From: the human T2T-CHM13v2.0 reference genome, Homo sapiens
Length of the DNA: 64,000 bases
Reading direction: 5' to 3' (one strand)
Assembly: GCF_009914755.1 (NCBI RefSeq)
Contig: NC_060925.1
The first letter of the stretch is position 1; the number at the start of each line of letters is the position of its first letter. Under the pieces are notes generated by a model, which worked only from the letters and a program-made list of their open reading frames with translations, was not told the DNA's origin and searched no databases. Shown in pieces: positions 13,836 through 27,050 of this stretch. Position numbers and translations under genes: made by a program.

Positions 13836-13850
13836 CTTTGTTATGCTAAT
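13836..13850 (+). promoter_or_regulatory. SOX-OCT composite motif
   Basis: CTTTGTT-ATGCTAAT, zero spacer. Confidence 0.55.
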
Positions 13851-14009
13851 GTCATAGCACGACGCAATTTAAATAGCACTTCCAGAAAAATTAAGTATGT
13901 TCATTGACACAGTGAAATGTTTTCACCCTCGATGTAACCTTCACAGATTCTGTACAAAATCCATCAGTCAGTGAGCTATTCATTTGTGAATGCTTAGCAA
14001 TTATTATGC

Positions 14010-14024
14010 TAATGCATCACAATG
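14010..14024 (-). promoter_or_regulatory. SOX-OCT composite motif
   Basis: minus strand CATTGTG-ATGCATTA; overlaps a second ATGCTAAT (14006-14013, +). Confidence 0.5.
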
Positions 14025-14240
14025 CATTACAGCAAATTCTCTGTAAGTGGCAGGAAGTGCAGCTGCCTGGCACGCACTGCACCCAGATTACGGAGCATCT
14101 ATCAATATACTGAGCCATCACTGCAACTTGAGTCCAACCATATTTTGAGTCTTGCCTTCCAGGAGCAGACCTCCACAGGTTTATGGACTCGGCTAGAAAG
14201 CAAACATCAACACATCCTTAAAGTTCTCCCAGCAGGGAGG

Positions 14241-14778
14241 TGTATCAGTTAGCTACTGCTGCATAACAAATCTTCACAAAATTCAGTGGCTTAAAGCAAT
14301 AAGCATTTGCTATTGCTCAGGAGTCTATGGATCAACTAGATTAATCTACTGATCTGGGCAAGCTAGGCAGACCTAGGGTGGGCTCACTACTGTATCTGTG
14401 GTCTGCGGGGGTTAGCTGGTCTAGGATGGCCTCGTTTCATGACTGACAGTTGGCTGGCTATCAACTGGGGCAAGGAGGGTGACTTGGCCACTCATCTCTC
14501 ATCATCTAACATGCACGCCAGGCTAGTCCATATGACAGTAGCAGGATTCTGAGAGAGAGTAAAAGCATGCAAGGAGCCTTTGCAGAGGTCTAGGCTTAGA
14601 ACTGGCACGATGTCCCTCCTGTCACATTCTATTGGCCAAAGTAAGTCACACGGCCAGCTAGATTTGAGGGGTAGGGAAACAAACTCCGCCTCTTGATAGC
14701 AGATGGTAGTCATGTTGTATAGATCATTGATACATGGAGGAATGAAGAACTGCAGACATTTACCATCAATCTGCTATT
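14241..14778 (-). mobile_element. MaLR solo LTR (MLT1H-like)
   Basis: TGTATCAGTTAGCTACTGCTGCATAACAAA...AGTGGCTTAAAGCAA...ATTCTATTGGCCAAAGTAAGTCAC; flanked by GGAGG/GGAGA 5-bp TSD-like ends. Confidence 0.8.
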
Positions 14779-15399
14779 GGAGAACTGTCTGAATTATACA
14801 TATTGGAAGACCAAGGTAGGCTGGCCTTGACCATGCTCAGTTGCTACCTTACAATGTTGGAGCAGTACAGCTTGCTAAGCAGATCAGGGTTGCTACTGAT
14901 TATGGTGACTTCTATAAACTGAATTGCCCCTCTAGGTATGGTATCCACCTCCAATTTAATAGACCAGTCATTGCAATAGAAGAGGGCTTCAGATCCACCA
15001 GCCCTCGCTACAACACATGCTCTACCTGCAGGATTGGCCTGCAAGGAACCATTCACACTCCTTGTTTGGACCAATGGCATGTGCCAATGAACCAACAGGC
15101 CAGGTCTTACCTGTGGTTGGGGATTGGTGTCCAGTTCTGGTCCATCCATAACTCAAAGGCTGGTTTTGGTCTCTTGACACAACCAATTGAGCAGTCAGAT
15201 CTAGAAGGCTCGGGGCTTGAAGCTCAGGTGCAGGAATGCTCTCGATTTGGAATGAGCTCATACTGTGCCTGCCCTATCTGCACCCTTTCCAAGGGAACTG
15301 CCCTATTCATAGCCTTTGCTTCCCTGGAGATCAGGTTTTGTATCACATGCTCCTTAGACACAGATGATTGGGTGAAGGGAGAGGAACTTGACTCAAAGA

Positions 15400-15920
15400 A
15401 AAACAACCTATGACCTGGCTCATAAAGAAGAGTTGATCCAGAGTTCTTCTCTTGGGAATCTCAACTAAGAAACACAGAAAAGCCTTGCTGGTCAGTGGTG
15501 GCAGGAGCTGCAGTTGAAAGGCCATGAGGTGGAGTCAGGCCAGAGAGGGCATGATGGGCTGTGGGGCACAGAAGCCACAGATTGCAGAGGATGTGGATGG
15601 AGGGAGAACAAGCCTGGCTCAAGTTTCACAGGGTTGAAACCATACTGCTCCTGAGATGAGGGTAAGGAGGGGTTTGCAAGAGAAGAGAGAAAGAATGTTC
15701 CCTAGAGTCCCCTGGATTTCAGAAGGCTTTCCAGGTATAGCTCCAATCCACATGCCTCTTGAGAGGACACCCTCTTGAGTGGCAACTCAGCAAACCTGAC
15801 CACAACACCACAAGCTCACATATTCCCGAGTGTCTGGATCTCCGGGTTTCCCTGTGTCTTTTCCTAGTAAAGCTCCCTCTGAGAATCTGACTTTATTGTA
15901 GTGGAACCAGCAGAAGCAAA
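15400..15920 (+). mobile_element. old LTR relic (LTR78/79-like; family uncertain, may extend to about 14790)
   Basis: TTCTCTTGGGAATCTCAACTAAGA...GGAGCTGCAGTTGAAAGGCCATG resembles ancient LTR consensus (recalled). Confidence 0.3.
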
Positions 15921-15929
15921 CCATGAACC

Positions 15930-16250
15930 TCCAACTTGTTCTCTACACAGTAATCAGAGGGATATTTTAAAAATGCAAACCTGATCAGGCCATAACCCTG
16001 CTTAATGCCTTCAAATACTTCTCATTGCTCTTAAGATCAAACCTAAATCCTCCCAAAGTCTACAGAGCGCCGTGTGATCCAGCCTCTGCTCAGCCCTCCA
16101 GCCCCACTTCCCGTGCTCTGCCCCTGCCTTGCACACTGTGTTCCACGTGGGCACCCAGCCCCCTGCAGCATGAAGGTGCCATGCTGCTTCTCACACAGAT
16201 CTTCTCTTTGCTCCTCCCTCTGCTTGGGACACTCTCCCTCCTCCTTTTGT
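15930..16250 (+). mobile_element. L2 fragment
   Basis: AATCAGAGGGATATTTTAAAAATGCAAACCTGATCA...CCCTGCTTAA. Confidence 0.7.
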
Positions 16251-16779
16251 GGTGCCACTTGCCTCCTTGGCTACTGGGATCCAGTTTGTGTGGTTTGGAC
16301 TCTGGATGCCTGGATTTCCTCACCCCTGAACCCTTCCCACCTGGACTCAGGGACCGCCCCCCACCCCACACCCAGATTGACAGGTGTGACTAACAGGCAC
16401 CTGGGATGCTGCAGGCCTGGGCAGTCAGCTCTGCCCATTCCCAGGGTCCCGCAAGGTCTGGCTTCCCTCAGTAGGTATCTTCTTCCCTACCCAGTCCCAC
16501 ACATGGGGAACAGAGCATAACCGAAGCAACAAATAAGAAGGGTCAGTTTAGGCTCCACAGTGGCAGAGAATCCCTTCCCAAGGACCCTGATGGAATATGT
16601 CCACTCAGCAGATGAACCATCACAAAATCCCAGCCTGGAAACCGTGAGAGAACTGCCTTGCCCTTTTATTTACAGATGAGGAAACTAAAGCTCCCAGTAT
16701 CTGTCCATCCCTTTGCCCCCTTCCTGTCCCATCAGCTTGGCCAAGAAACAATGAGTGGATGATTATATCCTCAAAAAAC

Positions 16780-16990
16780 GATGACCATAGCTGAAACATA
16801 CTGATTGCTGGATGTATACCAGCACTAAGTGTTTTACGTGGGTTATTTTAGTTTATCCTTACAACACATTAAACAGATGGAGAAACTGAGGCTCAGGGAA
16901 GTATTAAGTGTCTCACACTCATTACATGCAGACACTGGGATTTAAACCCAGGCAGTCTTGTTCCAGGGCTAATGTCTTCTCTGCTACCCT
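16780..16990 (-). mobile_element. MIR SINE
   Basis: CAGATGGAGAAACTGAGGCTCAGGG...CTGGGATTTAAACCCAGGCAGTC. Confidence 0.7.
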
Positions 16991-19239
16991 GAGTTGCCTT
17001 GGTCAACTCGGGTTATCTGGGGTTTCTCCATGGAAGCAAGTGGCTGGAGGGCAGGTGAACAGAGAGGGGTTTGCAGTGCCCACCCGCCATTGCCACAGGG
17101 CTGGGCTGGGCCTCTGGGAGGGTGAGTGGGTCACCCATCACCATGCCCCTTTAGTTGCCTGCCTGGTGACCAGAGAGAGGGGGCAGTGAGCCAGCCAGCC
17201 AAGGTCAGGGATGATGGAGGGACAGGTAAAGGGAAACTGCCACCATGAGAGCTCTATTCAGCAGATGCTTTGAGACTCCTTACAGCCACACAGTAAGATG
17301 GAGATCCTTGTTCCCATTTCACAGTTGAGAAAACTGAGTCCTGGAGAGAAGAATTTGTCTACAGCACATAGCCTGTAAGTGACAAACTAGGGAATGCAGC
17401 CAGGCCTGTCTGATTGCAGTCTGCTCCACTTCACCTAGAATCCAGCCTAGATGTTCCTCCAGGAGGGCCAGGGTCGGGGGAGGGGGCTGAGTCATGTGTC
17501 TCTTTATTACTCTTGTGTATCCATCCCAGGAGGCTATATAGGCTGCCTACAGCATTCCTGCTGTTAATGTTTTTGAGCACCTACTGTGTACCAGGCACTG
17601 TTCTGGGCATTGCAGATAGGACAGCCTGGAGCTTGGTCAAAGGAGTCACTATAACCCAATAAAGGCAGAAGGCAATGCCGAGGAGCAGCGCCCCAGCTGA
17701 GCTGCAGAGGAGTCATGTGTGCGTCTCAGAGCACGTGTGCAAAGGAACATGAGCTAATAAGCAAACGGGGAGCGGGAGTGTGGAGGAGGTGCTGCAGGTG
17801 GAACAGAGTCCTCCCCAGGCACCCAGCGCTGCTCCCAGTTCCTCCCTACTCCCTCCGGCTCCTGAATCCCACTCTTGCTGCCACAGCTCAGCCCACTCAG
17901 CCAGGACAGGTTAGGACATCCCACGCGGCATGTCTCCTATAAACTCTCAGGAATGTGCCAGTTTGTTACAGCTAAACTGGGTGGGAGGGAGGAGTGAGTG
18001 CGTGGTGCTGGTGAAAGGTGAGTACCTGGGACAGGACTCTGATGGTCAGGGCCCCGGGCTGGCAGCCAAAGGTGCTGTGGCTGTGGTCCTCAGGGGCAGG
18101 GTCTCACATGAGGCTACTGCTCCCACAGCTTCTGGAGGAGGCGGCCCTGCTTGGCGCACCATCCAGAGGAGCTGGGAGGACACGAGTCCTTGGAGAAGGC
18201 CACTCTGCCAGCAGCTGAAAGCCTCGCGTCCTTGCTACTTAATGTGTGGCATATGGACTGCAGCATCTGCACCACTAGGAGGCTGGTTAGGAACACACAG
18301 TCCAGGGCCAAAAGAATAGATGTGCATATGAACAATTCGTGGATTCAAGCTGGAGAAGAAGCACCTTAGGTGACTTACTTAAGGGAAAAATCCCATGGGT
18401 CTGCAGGGAAGGGGAAAGTCCCCGCCCTCAGCCAGGCCAAGCCTTCTAAGGGATGGTCAAGTCACTGGCCTTTCCAGTCAACTCACTGGTCAGGAAGGAA
18501 GGGTGGAAGGGGCAGCCCAGCGACCGGGGTCTTTAAGCAGGCAGGAAAGTGGAGGGGTCAGGAACAGAGCTGAGGCCGGGAGAGGGAGGGAAGTGAGCAG
18601 GAAGTGGGGGTGGTGGGGGAAGGAGGGGGAGCGCCTGCCAGGCTGGGTGAAGGCTGTTGGCCAACAAGTAGGGCAAGGAGCCGACTGCAGCTCTCAGAGG
18701 GCCGCTGACAGCTCCCCAGAACCCGATCATCTCCGCGGACAATTAAAACCCGGCTGTCTCAAGAGCGAGCCCTGGCCGAGCCCAGCCCACCTGCTGCAGC
18801 AGTGGCTCTGGCTCCAGCCCTCTTCTTATTGCACACACATGGGCTCTCTCACACAGCCACACAATCGCACATTCTCTACAATCCTCACACCACTCATCAG
18901 GGTGCAGCTACGCATGTGCACACCCGAGCAGCATGCGGAGTCTTCCCGACACCGACACCGAGGACTGCCTGTGCTACTGGAATCTCTGCCTCTCTGGGGC
19001 ATGGTGCACACACAAACACACCCTTCCCACAAACCGGGGATACTCACATTGTAACACGTATGAAAGCATTCACACACACACTCTGGGATGTAGGGCAACA
19101 TCTATTCTGCCCCATGCACACACTCCCACACGCATGTTCTACTCACATACCTGCAGGTACACACGGCACAACGGCACACTCCCACATGCATGCATACCCC
19201 TTCTGGCACCGGGTGTAGGAGGGGTGATAACTCCAGGGA

Positions 19240-19450
19240 ACACTCATAAGAGCTTCCTGTGTGCCAGGGACTGTCCTTGGTGCTCTCCACGTCTTTATTC
19301 CTCACTGCAACCCTAGGAGGTAGGGGCCATCATCATTCTCATTTCACAGATATGGAGGCACAGAGAGGTCAAGGCATTTGCTCAAGGTCACGCAGCCAAT
19401 AAGCAGCAGCAGAGCTAGGCCTTGAATCCATGCTCTTGACCACTACTCTA
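19240..19450 (-). mobile_element. MIR SINE
   Basis: CAACCCTAGGAGGTAGG...GAGGCACAGAGAGGTCAAGGCATTTGCTCAAGGTCACGCAGC. Confidence 0.7.
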
Positions 19451-22056
19451 TAATACTCTATCCCATGATGCTCATGGGGGGAAACCTTCAAAACAGGCCC
19501 TCCTTGACCCCCCCAGTTTAAATTAAGTTCCCCTGTTATACGGTCTTGGAGTGCCTCTAGGATTTTCTTTGATGTGAATTATCACAGTTAATAATATATT
19601 TATGAAATTTTAGATTTCCACTCATTCTTTCTACAAATGCTTATTGGGCATCCACGAGGTGCCTGGCAGTGTTCTGGGCACTGAGGCCTGCTCTAGTCTC
19701 TGTCTGCCCCACTGCTGCCCACCCATGGGGGTGGGGATGCCGCCCATAGTACCCAGCAGGGTGACTTTGACACAGAGCAGCACCCAATAAGAATCCAAAG
19801 AGTGAATTAGTGAGGGCATTCATAAAACAGACTAGACTGCAACAGCATGTTCTTCCACACTCGCACACACAGGCGAAGAGCCTTGGGATCCAAACCTTGC
19901 ATGCCTGCAATGTCCCACTCAGCCTCGGCAACCACATACCACCACTCATGGGCCACACACATGCTTATGCTCTAACACACTCACACGTTTGCACACACAT
20001 TCACTCTCTCTCATGACATCATACCCAGGCACACTCACACCCACACACGTGCACACTTGCTCTAATCTAATGCTCACACCATACTCAAAGCTACCCATCC
20101 TCACACATGCACACTATCTCCTACCACATTCACATCCCTCATCCCACACTTGTGAGGACAGGGGCCTGAGTCAGGAGCTCCAGTGGGAGACAGGGCTAGT
20201 GTAAAGACGAAAGCTGTCACTCAGGGCACCTGGCCCCAGAAAGTGACCATCTTAGGCAGCCAGAGATCCTCCTCCAAATCCACAAATGGCTCCTTCCTGC
20301 TTACCCAAACTCCAGAACTTATGAGCTCTGGGCACCATGAAGACAGAGTTAGTGTGGACAGCGAGGTGTCTTTGGGGCATTAAATGCCTCTGGGTCTAGC
20401 AGGGAGGAGTGGGGCATGGATGGAAGAGTGCACGGTGGCTACAAACCCTTGGGAGAGAAGAAAGAAGGTGGTAAATTCCTGTCGGAAACTGTCCCAATCC
20501 CCTTTTTCATGGCCCTTCGTCTGCATGGCTGAAGGGGTGCCCCCACGCTGGGATCATCTGACCACGTGGGCTGTGAGGTGCAGAGCCCAGGCCAGAAGGG
20601 CTGCAGTGAATGACAGCAAAGTTGAAAGTTAGCCAGGACATTCCAGGCCTCAGGGGTGTCTCAGGCAGAGCCTGACACATGCACAGTGGGCAGCTGAGGG
20701 GGTGGCGGGGCCAGGCTGGACAGCAGGGAGAAAGGTCCCAGCTCAGGCTGGGATGTGGCTTGAAGCCTGGGCAGGGACCAGCACAGTGGTCAAGGGCTCC
20801 GTGAAGCCCGGGCAGGAACAGAAAGATGATTCTGGGCACTGGCATTCAGAGCACCCTAAAACGGGATCATCCCTACGGTGGGGGTCCAGGCATGCGGGCA
20901 AGGGCTCTCAGTTCTGGGGCAGGCCAGAGGGGCCAAAGAAGAGGGGGTGGGAGAGGAAAAAACACAGGTTCTTAGGTGGTGGTGGCAGGCCCTTTCTCGT
21001 TAGCACTCTCCAGGAAGAGACTGAGATGGGGCTGGGGTTGCTACTTTGACCCTGCCTTGCCCCCTCCTCTGGCTCCAAAGCAGAGCAGGGTGGTCCTGGG
21101 TGTCCCTAACAAAGCTGTCCAAAGTGCTAAAAGCCTGGTCTTTCCCTGTACCTGGAGCACCCTCCCTACCAGCCCCAAGCCCTCTTGTGTCAAATTACCT
21201 CCCAGAGCTGCCATCATTCGGGGACATGGGCCTCACAGCATGATCTTCATGGAGCTTTCCTTGATCTCTGGAGTGGGGGCTGCAAGAGCAGGCAGTGGAA
21301 AGTTTATGCCCACCTGCATACCTGCCTCAGGTCCTTGTCCTGCTGGGCAAAAGATGTGGGCACTGGTCCATCCCCAAGGTGCCCTGGATGGGTCTCAGGT
21401 GTGGCAGTGGGATGATCTTTCCTGCTGGGGCATTGAGGGGCAGAGGAAAGGCCCAGGGATCCGGACCTTCCTCCTATACAACAGTGACTGCTGAATGGCA
21501 GAGGGCAACTCTTCAGAGGCTATGCCCTAAGCTGCTGTCATTTGACCTCAAAGGCACTCATGCTTCCTGCCACTCCCCAGAACTCCTGCCACAGAGTTGT
21601 GTGTGGGCTCCCCGTCTCCCTGCTGTGCACATCACACTTGGGGCCCTTCTCTGTCCGATCTCCCACAGAGTAGGACCCAGCAATGAAGGGTGAGTGTGGC
21701 CCCTTCCGGCTGAGTTCCCTCCCCCTCCTCCTCACTGTGGTGTCCTTGTAAGGAGTGTAGGGGCAGGGATGGTGGAGAGACATGCCCGCTCCAGGAGAAG
21801 GTAGAGACGAAATCTCCCTGGAGCACAGCTTCCCCCAGCTATTCCTCACCCAGCCCAAGAAGAAGGGACCCCACCCTTCAGCCTAGAGGAGCCCTCTCCC
21901 TGCCCCCGGGACCCAGACTCTCTATCTCCTCCTCTCTGAGCTTCCAGAGGGAATCCTAAGGAGCTGGATGCCCAAGAAGACAGCCACTGTAGAAAGCTGA
22001 TCAGTCTTAGTTCTAAGGCCTGGCTTCAACACAGAATGCCATGATTCCTCAACATC

Positions 22057-22296
22057 CAACCAATGCATCCATCCACCCACTCACCCCACCAGTCCACCCA
22101 TACATCAGTCTGTTCATCCATCTGTCCGCCCATCCATCCATCCATCCATCCATCCGTCAGTCCGCCCATCCATCCATCCATCCATCCATCCTGTCCCCAT
22201 CTCTCTGTCCATCCATCCATCCATCCATCCATCCATCCATCCATCCATCAGCCCATCCATCCATCCATCCATCCATCCATCCATCCATCCATCCAT
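22057..22296 (+). repeat. (CCAT)n degenerate tetranucleotide array, about 240 bp
   Basis: long CCAT runs with interruptions, directly followed by L2-like sequence. Confidence 0.95.
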
Positions 22297-22600
22297 TAAT
22301 TAAGGTCATGTTCCCTGAGCTCTGTCTGTACCAAGCCCCGGGTTCTAGGGTCAAAGAGATGAATAGGAACAATCTCTACCCTCAAGGAGCTCCCAGCCTG
22401 ATCAGAGAGATATGAAGGAAGAGAAGTGACAAGGCAGTGTGATAAGTGCAGTTACCAAGCCCTGAGCAGGGAGCTGCTGAAGCACATCTGCCAAAGCCTG
22501 GAGGAGCTGAGGAAGGCCTGGCAGAGGAGGTGACATTTAAGCTGAGTCTTAAAGAATGAGTGGCAGTCTTCCAGCCAGAGTTGTGGGGGAGAACACATTC
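22297..22600 (-). mobile_element. L2 fragment
   Basis: CCCTCAAGGAGCTCCCAGCCTG...AGAGGAGGTGACATTTAAGCTGAGTCTTAAAGAATGAGT. Confidence 0.7.
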
Positions 22601-22981
22601 CGACTTACCTTAGAGGTGTCTTGTGACAGTTTTAGCTCCACAATTAATAACTTTGGGGTCAAACTAAATTCTCCCCAGCCACTGAGCTCAAAACTAATGC
22701 AGTCATTTCAGATCTCGGTCTAGGAATTGCAGCCTCACAGAAAAAAATAGTCACCCACCCAACCCAAGGATACAACCCTCCCTTAGAAATCCTAGCACAT
22801 CCATTTAGGGGACTATGCTGCAGCCCTGGCTGGCTGAGCACTCCTCTGCCCACTCACAGAAATTCTGATCAAGGTTGAAGTATCAGAAGCAGATCCCAAA
22901 GCAATGAACACACCATGTCCAAAGTCAAGCCAGTGGGTTGGGGAGGCAGAGTTAAGGTCACAGCTCCAAGTCCATCAGGTG

Positions 22982-23126
22982 GGCAGCACTGAGGTTCGAT
23001 TCCATGTCTGCTCAGCAGAGCTCCCCTGGCAGCACTGAGGTTCGATTCCATGTCTGCTCAGCAGAGCTCCCCTGGCAGCACTGAGGTTCGATTCCATGTC
23101 TGCTCAGCAGAGCTCCCCAGGCAGCA
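22982..23126 (+). repeat. 3 x 46-bp tandem repeat, each copy containing the Pol III B-box GGTTCGATTCC
   Basis: unit GGCAGCACTGAGGTTCGATTCCATGTCTGCTCAGCAGAGCTCCCCT at 22982, 23028 and 23074 (last base differs in copy 3), plus a 7-bp GGCAGCA remnant. Confidence 0.95.
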
Positions 23127-23560
23127 GACCCTGAGGCAAGGATCTGAGTTCAAGCGCTTTATTTGGGACTTGCTCCTAGGAAACACTGGTGAAGAGAGGG
23201 GAGGTGAGGCAGGGAAGGGAATGGAGCCAAGAAGGGGAGTGTTGCTGAGCAGATAATCATCAAGGGCAACTTGGGCTCAATCCCATGGGGAGGTGCTGGG
23301 AGACATATAGACTACCTCCCAGGATGATCCTGCCAGAGGAGCAAAGAAGCTGGGGTATTCATCCTCCAATCCCCATCCATTATTCACCAAGGCTGCTCCT
23401 GAGGCTTCAGCACCCCAGCTTCCCTGGCCTGGAGAATGTCTCCATGGACTCTTGGGTGCTTGCAGCAAAATCCTGCTGGCATGACTGGAACGGTGGGTGC
23501 ATGGGTATATGGGTACAGCCCAGGCCAGGACCTCCACCGACAATAGCAGGAAGGTCACGA
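23097..23560 (-). mobile_element. ERVL solo LTR (LTR16-like)
   Basis: GCAGACCCTGAGGCAAGGATCTGAGTTCAAGCGCTTTATTTGGGA...GAAGCTGGGGTATTCATCCTCCAA. Confidence 0.65.
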
Positions 23561-23674
23561 CAGTGATAGATGGGCTGTCCTCTGAGATGAGGCAAGTCTT
23601 AAGTTCCAGACACTCAAAAGAAATCTAAGTACTGTACCTAGGAAGACCCAACTTTGCACAATGATCAGGGACTA

Positions 23675-24415
<741 letters not shown>

Positions 24416-26849
24416 TCACAGAAAACGCCAAGATTCTTCACACATAGAATAATGAGGCAATAAAACTCAACTATAAAGTTAAATAATTTACCATAAATAT
24501 CTAAAGCTCTCAAATTATTCTCTACATTAACTGCCTATGTTTAAAATGATCTTTGCATTCACTATGTCACAGATGGCAAAAGCAGACAAGAGAGTCCTTG
24601 ACAACTCTAACTGCAATTAGCCCTTCCCAGCTGCGGTGATTTAAAGGCCTTTTCAGTTAAGCTGAATGAAACACCCGCGCTTTATAAATAAAGGCTTTAC
24701 CAGGGCTGACAATGAAGTATTTGAAACGTACAGGCCCGAGCTGGTGGAGAGGGGGCGGCGGGGAAAGGACTGTCACTACATCCTAAAACTGAAGCCCTAC
24801 ACACCCTTCAACCCACCACCTCCCCAGCCTCACACTCACGTGATGCTCAGACACACCTCTCTCCCTGCACAAACACAGGCTCACGCCCCACTCCCCTCCC
24901 CATAGACACACCCTCACTCCCCCTTCACATTCCCGTACACATGCTCCATGGTCCCGCAACCAAGTACACGCATCCTCTCTCCACACACACACGCATGCAC
25001 ATAACTGAAGAGGTTGTGCGTCTCCAAGAAAGGTGGCTGGGGTCATGAGAAATATTCCAGCACGTAAAGGCCAAATGAGGTCAGTTGTCTTGAGTGGGAC
25101 ACCCAAGTGCCAGTGCTTGTGGCCAGGCCCAGGAGCCCTCGCCTGCACAGCTCCAGCTGGCAGAGGAGGAGGAGGAGGAGGAGTTCTGTCTGTGCTGGGG
25201 AGGAGTTGCCCTTCAACAACACACAAGCACCTTGGAGACAAGAGTTAGGAGGCGGCTGCGGCAGTGTGCGAAGGAGGTCAAGGTTACCCTGATTGCCGCC
25301 AAGCGCTCCTCCCGGGGGCCTGGCTGGTTAATTGCTTGGAGTCTGGCATGGCAGAGGGAGCTGTCAGCAAAATGGCCCCTCTGAATCACATGCTTGGATC
25401 TCTGGGATCCTCCTGGGGGACCAAGTCTGGGCCCCCACTGCTTCCCTGCCCAGTCTCTCCCGTGGCACAGTGGACACAGGCCAGGTCCCAGACTGGCTCA
25501 GAAAAGCTGGGTCCATGGGGTCTTCTTCCTGCATCTCCTGTGGGAACCAGAGCTTGTCCCAACCACAATCTCAGCCTGAAGTAGCCCTAACCCATAGCCT
25601 CTCCCATCCTGTACCAACAATACAGTGATAACCGTACCCCACTTTTACTGAGCAATCACTTCATACCAGGCACCATGCTAAGCCCCTCCCAGACATTATT
25701 CCTTTTGAGGCTCATTAAAATCCTATGAAGCAAATACTATTATTCTTACGCTTGATTCGGATGGGAGAATGGAAGCACAGGGAGGCTAAGGTACCTTGCA
25801 TAAGGGAGGGCAGCAGGGATCAAGTGGGGCGGTGTAGCTTCTGAGTGGACCCTTCAGCACTGCACTGGACAAGGACCTCCTGCTTCATGCCCCTGAAGCA
25901 GGCCGTCCTGACCACAGCCTTCCAGAAACCCGGACCTGCCTGGTTGAGCCCTGAGCCCCCGCCCAGCCCTTCCAGTGCCTCCCTTAGGCTTGGGATCCTG
26001 TTTCTGAAATATGAGCCAGCCTTGACAGTCACGATGCCCCATCCACCCGACTGGGCACCTCCTGTCCTGACACCATCCTGCTGTATCCGCTGAGCTAGGC
26101 TGTCCCTGCATAGACATGTCTACCACTCCTGGGCCGCCATCTGGGTCTCCCATCACAAGATCCTGCTTCTCTTCCCAACTTGGAAGGGCAGTACCCTTGC
26201 ACCAGGGCCAGCAATGTTCCCTGGGTCTGGGAGAACTCCCAGGAGGAGCTGGCTTCAGGCAGTCTCTGAGGCTGCTGGAGGACTGGCAAGAAGTTCTGGA
26301 AAAGCATTTGGGCTCCTGAAGGGCTCCACCCCAGACTAGCTCTCATTAATTTGCTGTTTATAATATTTAAATTCCAGGGAGCTGCCTGGGCTGGGACTCA
26401 ACTTGCGAAGGAGAAAAATAAAACTTATTCTATTTCTGATGACAAATGAAGGCATTTATAGGAGCTTGAGATAAAGGGATGGGAGGGTGACTATAGATGC
26501 AGTCACAAGGGGCTGGTCTGAGGTCTAGAGCCACTGGGCAGTTGCAAATCGCTGAGCCCAGGGCCCTGGGAGTTGGTGGCCAGAGTTCCAGGGAGTGGAG
26601 AGGGTGGCCCCTGGAGATAGGACAGCTGGGGTCAGATGAGAAGGCAAGTGGCTTTGCTGCAGACTCAAGTCTCGACCTTGCTGGGGCCATGAGCCTCCTG
26701 GAAAGAGGCAATACTTTTACCTCCACAGTCAGTGTGGGTCTGGAGAGTGGCTTCAGGGCCCCACCCCACCTGACCATCCTCACTTCCCCACAACTGCTCC
26801 TTCCTTGGCAGGGGGCAGAGAGTATAAATTGATTACCCTGAGGTGCCTA

Positions 26850-27050
26850 AGGAAAGCACTTGAGCCCCAGAGTCTGTATCACCACTTCCTTGCTGTGTGA
26901 CCTCAGGCAAATCACTTCACCTCTCTGAGCCTGTCTTCTCATCTGTAAACCAGGAACACTAAACTGCAGCTCATCCAGGATTCAACAGGCTCGTGTGCAT
27001 GAGGCATCTAGAACGGTGTAGGTATATCATAGGTGCATCATAAATGCAGT
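26850..27050 (+). mobile_element. MIR SINE
   Basis: GCTGTGTGACCTCAGGCAAATCACTTCACCTCTCTGAGCCTG...CTCATCTGTAAA. Confidence 0.75.

Noticed and set aside
14841-15413. 190-aa ORF with faint reverse-transcriptase-like words (DFYKLN, WHVPM, FGLLTQP)
   Set aside because: TTG start, no YxDD, and irregular motif spacing. An ORF this long is expected roughly once by chance in six frames of 64 kb, and it may lie in an old LTR. HMMER against RVT_1 or Dfam would settle it.
18395-19054. 219-aa ORF
   Set aside because: GC-rich and CA-rich low-complexity sequence, no recognisable domain
22026-22415. Repetitive HPSI/MDGW ORFs
   Set aside because: Translation of the (CCAT)n microsatellite
22982-23126. 46-bp repeat as a tRNA gene or CRISPR-like array
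   Set aside because: No spacers between units; the GCTCAG-to-B-box offset (29 nt) is too short for a tRNA and no cloverleaf is evident
25853-25873. Possible non-canonical spaced RE1 (TTCAGCACT-GCACT-GGACAAG)
   Set aside because: Both half-sites carry mismatches, so it is too weak to call
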